Made by a program: the position numbers and the translations under genes. This document shows positions 7,708-15,205 of a stretch of DNA of 26,575 nucleotides, in pieces (within the stretch, counting starts at the first letter, position 1; every line of letters starts with the position of its first letter). The notes beneath the pieces were generated by a model. It saw nothing but the letters and a program-made list of their open reading frames with translations, had not been told where the DNA came from and made no database searches. This DNA is from an uncultured Desulfobacteraceae bacterium (GTDB taxonomy: Bacteria > Desulfobacterota > DSM-4660 > Desulfatiglandales > Desulfatiglandaceae): the NCBI GenBank assembly GCA_964483185.1, contig CAZACO010000001.1, forward strand, positions 1-26,575, in the 5' to 3' direction.

Positions 7708-8793
7708 CTATTCAAAAAAATTCCGTACAATAAAGCCCTCCCTTCGACAGAGCAGATCTCGTTCCGCCTCTCGAAGGTCCTGGGCCACCATCTCGGCCAC
7801 CATCTCGTCAAACGACGTTTTGGGTTCCCAGCCGAGTTCATTTCTTGCGAGGCTGGCGTCGCCTAAAAGGGCATCTACCTCGGTCGGCCGGAAATACCTG
7901 GGATCAACCGCCACGATGCACTGGCCGGTCTTCCGATCGTACCCCTTTTCCTCAACGCCTTCCCCTTCCCATCGGATATCAAGGCCGAGTTCCTTCCCCG
8001 CAATATTTACGAACTCCCGCACGGAACGCTGTATCCCTGTGGCAACGACATAGTCCTTCGGATTTTCCTGCTGGAGCATCAGCCACATAAGTTCGACATA
8101 ATCACGCGCATGGCCCCAGTCCCTCTTTCCGTCAAGGTTGCCCAGATAAAGCGACTTCTGAAACCCGAGCTTAATTCTTGCCAGGCCTCTGGTAATCTTT
8201 CGGGTGACAAATGTTTCCCCCCGCAAGGGGGATTCGTGATTGAACAGGATTCCATTGCATCCGAAAATCCCGTAAGCCTCCCTATAGTTGACCGTAATCC
8301 AGTAGGCATACAATTTGGCCACGGCATAAGGGGAACGTGGATAAAAGGGGGTCTTCTCGCTCTGGGGCACCTCCCGGACGAAGCCGAAGAGTTCGGAGGT
8401 GGAGGCCTGGTAGAATCGGGTCTTTTTTTCCAGCCCCAGGATCCGAATCGCTTCGAGCAGACGGAGGGCCCCTAAGGCATCTGCATTGGCTGTGTACTCC
8501 GGGGTCTCGAAAGAGACCTTGACATGGCTCTGGGCCGCCAGATTATAGATTTCATCAGGCTGAACCTGCTGGATAATCCGGATGAGATTGGTGGAATCGG
8601 TCAGATCCCCGTAATGGAGCACGAATCTCCTCTCGGATTCGTGCGGATCCTGGTAGAGGTGGTCAATCCTGTCTGTGTTGAACAGCGATGCCCTCCGTTT
8701 GATGCCGTGGACCTCATACCCCTTTTTCAGCATAAACTCGGCCAGGTACGCCCCGTCCTGGCCGGTAATTCCTGTAATCAGCGCCTTTTTCAT
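7708..8793 (-). CDS. gmd: GDP-mannose 4,6-dehydratase
   Basis: [82 protein letters not shown]. The start is ATG 8793 after GGGAG. Confidence 0.97.
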   Translation of the reverse strand: MKKALITGITGQDGAYLAEFMLKKGYEVHGIKRRASLFNTDRIDHLYQDPHESERRFVLHYGDLTDSTNLIRIIQQVQPDEIYNLAAQSHVKVSFETPEYTANADALGALRLLEAIRILGLEKKTRFYQASTSELFGFVREVPQSEKTPFYPRSPYAVAKLYAYWITVNYREAYGIFGCNGILFNHESPLRGETFVTRKITRGLARIKLGFQKSLYLGNLDGKRDWGHARDYVELMWLMLQQENPKDYVVATGIQRSVREFVNIAGKELGLDIRWEGEGVEEKGYDRKTGQCIVAVDPRYFRPTEVDALLGDASLARNELGWEPKTSFDEMVAEMVAQDLREAERDLLCRREGFIVRNFFE

Positions 8794-8807
8794 GACTTCT
8801 CCCATCT

Positions 8808-9767
8808 TTATCCTGCCCTTTCTGCTTCCACCATCATCCTTGCCACGTCCCGCATCTTATGCCTGGCCTTCCATCCCAGTTTTTGTTCCGCCTTGCCCGG
8901 ATTTGCCCTGGCGGTAAGGATATCCGTGGGCCGGAAAAGGTCCTGTCTCGTTTCCACATGGTCCTGCCAATTCAGGCCGAGGGCCGTGAAGACACCGTCA
9001 ACGAAATCCTCTAATCTGTTGGTCTCGCCAGTGGCGATGACATAATCATCAGGGGTGTCCTGTTGAAGCATGCGCCACATGGCCTCGACATATTCAGGGG
9101 CCCAGCCCCAGTCCCTCTCAACGGATATGTTCCCCAGCTCAAGTGTTTCATGGCTCCCTTTTGCAATGCGGCAGGCTGCACTGACGATTTTCCGGGTCAC
9201 AAACCGCTCGGGTCTGAGGGGGGATTCATGGTTGAACAGAAGACCGGAGCAGGCAAAAAGGCCATAGGCCTCACGGTAGTTGGCCATTTGCCAGAAGGCG
9301 GCCGCCTTGGCAACCGCATAGGGACTTCTGGGCCGAAATGGCGTCAGCTCGTCGGCCGGCCGACCGTCGGTATTGCCGAAACATTCGCTGGAACCGGCAT
9401 TATAGATCCTGATCGGCGCTTCTAAAAACCGTATCGCCTCCAGGAGATTGAGTGTCCCGATGCTGATGCTCTCAAAAGACTCCACCGGCTGCTCGAATGA
9501 AAGCCCCACCGAACTCTGCCCGGCGAGGTTGTAGACCTCATCGGGCCGAACCTTTTTGAGCACCTGGAGTACGCTCCGAAAGTCGTTTAGAGAGGCCGAT
9601 TCCACCTCCACTTGATCCCTGATCTCCAATCGAATCAGATTTGAAAACTGAGACATCTGGGCATCCCGGGAAGACCCGACGACTCTGTATCCCTTTGTCA
9701 GAAGCAACCGGGCCAAATATGATCCGTCCTGCCCGGAAATGCCGAAAATCAGTGCGCTCTTTCCCAT
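8808..9767 (-). CDS. Second GDP-mannose 4,6-dehydratase-like extended SDR (short Gmd paralog)
   Basis: [65 protein letters not shown]. 319 aa; GAGGAGG RBS. Confidence 0.88.
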   Translation of the reverse strand: MGKSALIFGISGQDGSYLARLLLTKGYRVVGSSRDAQMSQFSNLIRLEIRDQVEVESASLNDFRSVLQVLKKVRPDEVYNLAGQSSVGLSFEQPVESFESISIGTLNLLEAIRFLEAPIRIYNAGSSECFGNTDGRPADELTPFRPRSPYAVAKAAAFWQMANYREAYGLFACSGLLFNHESPLRPERFVTRKIVSAACRIAKGSHETLELGNISVERDWGWAPEYVEAMWRMLQQDTPDDYVIATGETNRLEDFVDGVFTALGLNWQDHVETRQDLFRPTDILTARANPGKAEQKLGWKARHKMRDVARMMVEAERAG

Positions 9768-9998
9768 AACCTCCTCATGTGCGGAGTGATGTTAACAACC
9801 TTGAAAATCCGGTATGGTACTGAATACCCTTCTTTGAGCGAGTTGTCAATTGTCCATTCGATCCCGCACAACCATTGCCGGAACACCTCTGCCTGTAGGT
9901 GCGGCTTTCAGCGGCGAAACATCGTGGTATGATGCCGCTCACGCCCCACCCCGGGGCCGATTCAAATTCATAATCAGAATTTCTGCAAATGCCTCGGT

Positions 9999-11255
9999 TC
10001 ATGGCAGATCGGCACTGCCCGACTGACGCCTTCGGATCGCCTTGATCCGGTCAAGGACAGGGGGATGACTGTAGCTCAGGAACACCTTGAGTGGATGGGG
10101 TGTCAGGTTGGACAGGTTATCGACGCTCAGCTTTTTCAGCGCCGAGATCATGGACCGGGGGCTCCCATAGGTGGCCACCGCGAAGTCATCGGCCTCATAT
10201 TCATGTCTGCGGGACAGCATGTTCCCGAAAACAGAGAGGATCATCTCTATAGGGGCATACAGAAACCCGAAAAAGAAGAGGCTTGCATAAATAGAGGCAT
10301 GGTCCATGCGAAATGCCGCAAACAGCTCCCTGTTGTTGATGAAAAGAGATAGGATATAAAACATCAGCCCGGTGGTCAGAATAGAAATGACGATCGATTT
10401 TAGTATGTGCTTTTTCTTGTAATGCCCCACTTCATGGGCAAGCACCGAAACAAGCTCGTCCTGGGTATGTTTCTCAATCAGGGTATCAAAAAGGACAATC
10501 CTTCTGAATCTTCCAAATCCCGTGAAGAAGGCATTCGATTTGGTAGAGCGTTTGGAGCCATCCATGGTGAAGACCCCCTTCATCTTGAAATCCTGTTTTT
10601 TTGCATACGCCTCAATAGCCGGCCTTAACTCGCCGTCGGCCAAAGGCACAAATTTGTTGAAAATCGGCATGATGACCACCGGAGCCACAAACATGAGGAA
10701 TATCTGAAACAGGGTCACGGCCATCCAGCAGTAGGCCCAGGCCGATGGCCCTGCCTTGTCAAAAAACCAGAGCACCCCGGAAAACAGGACGCCCCCGATC
10801 ACGGCTGCCAAGAGCCAGGTTTTGAGGATGTCAAGGACAAAGGTCCCGGCCGTGGTCTGATTAAATCCGTATTTCTCTTCAATGACGAATGTGCTGTAAA
10901 TGGAAAAGGGTATGGAGACAATTTGAGATGCAAACATGAGCACACCGGCAAAGATGAGACCGGTCGGGATATGGGTCAGGTGAAAGCTTCGGGCGAACTG
11001 ATCGACCAGATTAAATCCCCCAAAGAGTATGAAGGCAATGATAAGCGGGGTTGTAATGGAATTGGTGATGAAACCGAACCGGGTGGTTTCCTTGAGATAT
11101 TTCTGGGATTTTTTGTATTTCTCCCTGTCATAGTAACCCGAGAACTCCTCGGGCAGATCGGTGCTCAGATGCCGTATATTCTGGGTGTCGACGATCAGGT
11201 TTAACAGATAGTCCCCGATCAGGATCGCAAGAATGATAATAAGAAAGAGATTCAT
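9999..11255 (-). CDS. M48 family Zn metallopeptidase (Ste24/CAAX prenyl protease-like)
   Basis: N-terminal TM helices, DGSKRSTKSNAFFTG, RRIVLFDTL, HEVGH (HExxH), SRRHEYEAD, YSHPP. Confidence 0.95.
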   Translation of the reverse strand: MNLFLIIILAILIGDYLLNLIVDTQNIRHLSTDLPEEFSGYYDREKYKKSQKYLKETTRFGFITNSITTPLIIAFILFGGFNLVDQFARSFHLTHIPTGLIFAGVLMFASQIVSIPFSIYSTFVIEEKYGFNQTTAGTFVLDILKTWLLAAVIGGVLFSGVLWFFDKAGPSAWAYCWMAVTLFQIFLMFVAPVVIMPIFNKFVPLADGELRPAIEAYAKKQDFKMKGVFTMDGSKRSTKSNAFFTGFGRFRRIVLFDTLIEKHTQDELVSVLAHEVGHYKKKHILKSIVISILTTGLMFYILSLFINNRELFAAFRMDHASIYASLFFFGFLYAPIEMILSVFGNMLSRRHEYEADDFAVATYGSPRSMISALKKLSVDNLSNLTPHPLKVFLSYSHPPVLDRIKAIRRRQSGSADLP

Positions 11256-11321
11256 ACCTGTCTACCCGTGTCGTCTCTGCGCTCTATTTCAAGGCCTTCC
11301 GGCGTGATCCCCACAACCTTT

Positions 11322-11486
11322 GTCCCGATCCTGTAATCCTCCTGCAAAACCAAAGGGAACGTTGAAGGCCGGATCAGTGTCGGCAATACTATTTCCAAAC
11401 GAATCGTAGTCGATCCATTTTATCACATTCCCGGACGCATCCGCAACCACCCTTAAAGATCCCACCGGGTCGTAGGTCAGATAGAT
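11322..11486 (-). pseudogene. Isolated fragment of an RHS repeat-associated core domain
   Basis: IYLTYDPVGSLRVVADASGNVIKWIDYDSFGNSIADTDPAFNVPFGFAGGLQDRD matches the RHS core (YD..GS.R…G….YD.FG…FGFAGGL.D.DTG). The similarity stops before the ARxYDP…GRW…DP end, and there is no YD-repeat body upstream. Confidence 0.85.
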
Positions 11487-11548
11487 ACATGAAGGTCTGG
11501 CAATCACTAAACCCCTGTTATCGCTGACGCTGTCAAGAGACTTTTTTG

Positions 11549-11578
11549 TTGACAAATATATGATATATGATATAGAAT
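11549..11578 (+). promoter_or_regulatory. Sigma70-type promoter for gntR with an overlapping heptamer direct repeat
   Basis: TTGACA 11549-11554 and TAGAAT 11573-11578 (18-nt spacer). The spacer holds ATATATG-ATATATG-ATATAG. Confidence 0.55.
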
Positions 11579-11701
11579 GGAAAGAATTCAGTCCTCGTCT
11601 TTAAACAGCGAGGAGATAAAAAGCGCAAAAACTTCCAAGAATACGTAATGAAATAAAACATTAAACGGTCAAGCGAACTTATAGGGAGTGCAATAGATAA
11701 G

Positions 11702-12361
11702 ATGGCAGAAACTGCGATTAACACCTATAAAACGAAGACCGAACTGGTCTACGATTACCTCCGAACGAATATTTTGCAGAAACATTTTAAACCCGGGGAT
11801 AAGATCATCATCCGCGAAATTTCCAAAATGTTAAACCTCAGCGATATCCCGGTGAGGGAGGCCATCAAGAAACTGGAGACCCAGGGGTTGCTTCATGTGG
11901 TTCCCCACACCGGAGCGCGGGTGGCCGAAATCGACCGAAAGGAGATGGAGGAGATTTATATCATTCGCAGCACCCTCGAGGCCCTAGCCACGCAATTAGC
12001 CTGCCCCTATATAAAGTCGGAAGACTTCCAGAGGCTGGAGAAAATATTGGGAAAGTACGAGGATACGTTTCGCGCTGGGAAATATGAGGCTCTAAGTGAA
12101 TTGAATAAAGAATTTCATCTGGAAATCTACAGATGTTCCCCCTACAAGAGCCTCTTCAAAATGATTGTGGAAATATGGGAGCGGTCAAAGATGATCCGCC
12201 ATGCCTTTTCTCTGCCCAGTTCTTTGCGGGAGCAGTCGATGAAAGAACATCGATTGATATTGCAATTGTTGCGAAAGGGGAACGGCGAAGAGGCGGCCGA
12301 ACTCGTGCGGAAGCAGAAAATTGCCTCGTGGAAGGTAATTTCAACGCTCATGGAAGAATGA
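11702..12361 (+). CDS. GntR family transcriptional regulator (wHTH + FCD domain)
   Basis: VYDYLRTNIL…KPGDKI…SDIPVREAIKKLETQGLL…PHTGARV (GntR HTH); FCD-type C-terminus (LNKEFH…EH..I). Confidence 0.95.
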   Translation: MAETAINTYKTKTELVYDYLRTNILQKHFKPGDKIIIREISKMLNLSDIPVREAIKKLETQGLLHVVPHTGARVAEIDRKEMEEIYIIRSTLEALATQLACPYIKSEDFQRLEKILGKYEDTFRAGKYEALSELNKEFHLEIYRCSPYKSLFKMIVEIWERSKMIRHAFSLPSSLREQSMKEHRLILQLLRKGNGEEAAELVRKQKIASWKVISTLMEE

Positions 12362-12486
12362 GGTTCTTTTAAACGGCATACCCGATACGATGGTTTTTCA
12401 ATTTGGTGTGATCAAGGAAGAGGCCCAGAAAAGATTGAGAAAACCATGAATGTCAGTTGCCGAAAATACAAAACAGGAGGTGCATT

Positions 12487-13473
12487 ATGGCAAAGGGAAG
12501 AAATTGGTCAAAAAGTAAATCTTGTTTCGTTTTAGTGGCATTGCTCATGGTACTATTTTACGCCTTTCCAGGGTTCGGAGAGGAATACCCATCCCAGACC
12601 ATCAAAATCATCGTGCCATATCCCCCAGGAGGAGTTACGGATTTAATCAGCCGATCCATGGCAGATACGATGGCCAAAGTGCTGGGGCAGCCGGTAATCA
12701 TCGAGAATAAGCCGGGTGGAGGAACGACTGTGGCTTATTCCCTTGTGGCCAACTCCAAGCCCGATGGGTATACAATCGGACATCTTGCCGTGGGGACTTT
12801 GGTTGGTAATTTTTTGGCTTATGACGTTGCTTACAACCCACTGAAGAGCTTTGACTACATTGGAGAAGTTGGGATCTATGCACAATCCATCATTGTTAAA
12901 TCAGATGCCCCCTGGAAGACGTGGGATGAATTTGTTGACTACTCCAAGAAACATCCCCAGAAGATCCGTATGGGCCTTACTAACCAGGTAAGCACCAATG
13001 CCATCCCTACCAAATGGATTAATCATCGATTGGGAAATCCATGGAAAGAAGTGGCCTTTCGTGGTGACACTCCATGTATTACCGCTCTATTAGGCGGGCA
13101 TATCGATGCTTTTGCGGGGGGAGGCGCCCATAACATATTGGTGAACGACGGCCGAGCAAGAATGCTTCTGGCTTTGACGAACAATCCGATCCCTGGTCAT
13201 CCAAATGTTCCGACCTTCAAGCAGGTATACGGCAAACCCGTAGGCAACTTTGCGGGTTACATGGCTCCGGCGGGACTACCTGCCGACGTCCTCAAAAAAC
13301 TGGAAAAGGCAACGAATGAAGCGACCAAGGCTCCGGAATTCCTCAAAGTGATGGAGAAGATGTCCATGACCCCGCTGTGGCGGAACGGTGAGGAACTGAC
13401 CGAGGAGGTGAAAACCCTGCTCTCAACTCTTGAAACATTTTATAAAGATTTAGGTAAACTGAAAAAGAAGTAA
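12487..13473 (+). CDS. tctC: Tripartite tricarboxylate transporter substrate-binding protein (TctC/Bug family)
   Basis: ATG 12487 follows AGGAGG. Signal peptide, then YPSQTIKIIVPYPPGGVTD, GQPVIIENKPGGG, KPDGYT, ALLGGHID, PNVPTF, APAGLP. Confidence 0.93.
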   Translation: MAKGRNWSKSKSCFVLVALLMVLFYAFPGFGEEYPSQTIKIIVPYPPGGVTDLISRSMADTMAKVLGQPVIIENKPGGGTTVAYSLVANSKPDGYTIGHLAVGTLVGNFLAYDVAYNPLKSFDYIGEVGIYAQSIIVKSDAPWKTWDEFVDYSKKHPQKIRMGLTNQVSTNAIPTKWINHRLGNPWKEVAFRGDTPCITALLGGHIDAFAGGGAHNILVNDGRARMLLALTNNPIPGHPNVPTFKQVYGKPVGNFAGYMAPAGLPADVLKKLEKATNEATKAPEFLKVMEKMSMTPLWRNGEELTEEVKTLLSTLETFYKDLGKLKKK

Positions 13474-13551
13474 AATTTTTGGACCTGTGTGATCAGTTTA
13501 TCGCAGCCTGGAAACAACCGGATTTGAGCGCATGAGTCGTCCGGTCACACA

Positions 13552-13609
13552 CGTGAAAAGTGAAGAATGAAACGTGAAATCTCCTTTACTCATGGAGTTT
13601 CACGTTTCA
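13552..13609. repeat. Intergenic hairpin built from 7-nt units
   Basis: CGTGAAA-AGTGAAG-AATGAAA-CGTGAAA (13552-13579). TGAAACGTGAAA(T)CTCC pairs with GGAGTTTCACGTTTCA (13594-13609) around a 9-nt loop. Confidence 0.8.
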
Positions 13610-13742
13610 GAACCCAGAAGTTCAGCACACGAGGAGGATTTGTTTGGTGCATTGTCGATATCTCAGGTCTAACCGTACAGGTCCAGATTTCTGGTTCATC
13701 CAAACGAATCTTTGACCTCTCCATAGAGAAGAGGAGGGCTAG

Positions 13743-14624
13743 GTGTCCAGGAAATTACCCAGGTTTGAATATTTCCGGCCAGAGAGTTTCCAAGAGGCGA
13801 TGGAAATTTTGAAGAAGCACGAGCACAAGATCCGCCCCCTGGCTGGCGGGACGGATCTGTTCATTGCGATGAAAGAAAAGGGGGCCGCATGGGAAAACGT
13901 TTTGGATTTGAAGGGCATCCCTGACTACGATTACATTCGAGAAGTGGACGGCGGGATCGAGATCGGGGCCCTGGCCACGATCCGTTCCGTGGAAACTTCC
14001 CCCTTGATTAAAGAGAAGATTCCTCTTCTGGCCTCTGCTGCGGGAACGATTGGATCCATCCAAATTCGAAACAGGGCCACCATAGGAGGGAATCTATGCA
14101 ATGCGGCTCCCTCAGCAGATACGGCCCCAGCCCTCCTTTGCCTGAGAGCCGAAGTGGAAATCATCGAGGAAGCGGGAGTAAGAAGGATTCCCCTTGACGA
14201 ATTTTTTGTGGGTCCGGGCAAAACACTACTCCGGGAGACTGCCCTTCTGAAGAAGATTTTTGTTCCCTTTCAACCTTTGAATAGTGCCGGCATTTATTTC
14301 AAAGAAAGTCCGCGCCGGGCCATGGATTTGGCTGTGGCCGGGGTGTCCTGCCTCATGACGTTCGATTCGGCCAAAAAGAAATGCCTTGATTGCCGAATCG
14401 CTTTGGGGGCTGTGGCCCCAACCCCCATGCGGGCGAAGAATGCTGAAAAACTTATGATGAACCAACAGATAACAGAAAAGGAAATCGCCGCAGCAGGAGA
14501 AACGGCCAGTGGAGAATGCAGTCCCATCAGCGATGTAAGGGGGTCTGCACAGTTCCGTCGAGAAATGGTGAGAGTATTTGTTGAAAAAGGTTTGCGTGAG
14601 TTATGGAGTGAGGTAAGGTCTTAA
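13743..14624 (+). CDS. Xanthine dehydrogenase family FAD-binding (medium) subunit, CoxM/CutM-like
   Basis: FEYFRP, LAGGTDL, IRNRATIGGNLCNAAPSAD, FFVGPGKT, ALGAVAPTP, PISDVRGSA. No 4Fe-4S insertion. GTG start after GAGGAGG. Confidence 0.94.
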   Translation: MSRKLPRFEYFRPESFQEAMEILKKHEHKIRPLAGGTDLFIAMKEKGAAWENVLDLKGIPDYDYIREVDGGIEIGALATIRSVETSPLIKEKIPLLASAAGTIGSIQIRNRATIGGNLCNAAPSADTAPALLCLRAEVEIIEEAGVRRIPLDEFFVGPGKTLLRETALLKKIFVPFQPLNSAGIYFKESPRRAMDLAVAGVSCLMTFDSAKKKCLDCRIALGAVAPTPMRAKNAEKLMMNQQITEKEIAAAGETASGECSPISDVRGSAQFRREMVRVFVEKGLRELWSEVRS

Positions 14625-14648
14625 CCTTGTTCTCCGAGGTATGGAAGC

Positions 14649-15200
14649 ATGAAACATTCTATTAAAATGGTTGTGAATGGGGAAGATTATGAGCTTGTGG
14701 TAAACCCAAATGAACTGCTCATTGATGTCCTGAGGGATCGATTGGATTTGACGGGGACGAAGGAGGGGTGCGGAACAGGGGATTGCGGGGCCTGCACGGT
14801 CCTGGTGGACGGCAAAGCCATCAATTCCTGCCTGACCTTGGCGATCGAGATGAACGACAAGGAGATCTTCACCATAGAAGGGATGGCCCCTGGGGGAAAA
14901 CTGAATCCGATCCAAGAGGCTTTTATCGATGAAGGAGCCGTCCAGTGCGGGTTCTGCACCCCCGGAATGATCCTATCTGCTAAGGCCCTGCTACAGGAAA
15001 AGCGCCTTCCCTCAGAAGACGAGATCAAGAGGGGAATCGCGGGCAATCTCTGCCGATGTACCGGCTATAAGAAAATCATTCAGGCCATTCAAACGGCAAG
15101 CCTGCGTTTGGGAAAAGAGAGCAATGCAACTGCTGGGCAATCCCGGGAAGCATGCCTTCGATCTGCGCCCCAGCAAGGGACCTGCCTTAGTTCGGAGTAA
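14649..15200 (+). CDS. Xanthine dehydrogenase family 2x[2Fe-2S] (small) subunit, CoxS-like
   Basis: GTKEGCGTGDCGACTV…NSCL, QCGFCTPG, GNLCRCTGY. Confidence 0.95.
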   Translation: MKHSIKMVVNGEDYELVVNPNELLIDVLRDRLDLTGTKEGCGTGDCGACTVLVDGKAINSCLTLAIEMNDKEIFTIEGMAPGGKLNPIQEAFIDEGAVQCGFCTPGMILSAKALLQEKRLPSEDEIKRGIAGNLCRCTGYKKIIQAIQTASLRLGKESNATAGQSREACLRSAPQQGTCLSSE

Positions 15201-15205
15201 TTCCA

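Noticed and set aside
7337-8053. 238-aa antisense ORF over rpsF/gmd, and the many other short antisense or overlapping ORFs in the track
   Set aside because: These are shadows of well-supported genes on the opposite strand, with no family motifs.
9775-10002. 75-aa ORF between M48 and the gmd paralog
   Set aside because: No recognisable motif or RBS; it overlaps the M48 stop and is likely spurious. A TTGACA at 9849-9844 (minus) has no convincing -10, so no promoter was called.
12406-13495. GTGTGATCA repeated at 12406 and 13487 (possible CRP/FNR-like site)
   Set aside because: Only a half-site is present, with no TCACA partner at the right spacing. A 9-mer match is compatible with chance.
13567-13812. 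81-aa ORF upstream of the FAD subunit
   Set aside because: It runs through the palindromic repeat, overlaps the real gene in another frame and has no protein-family features.
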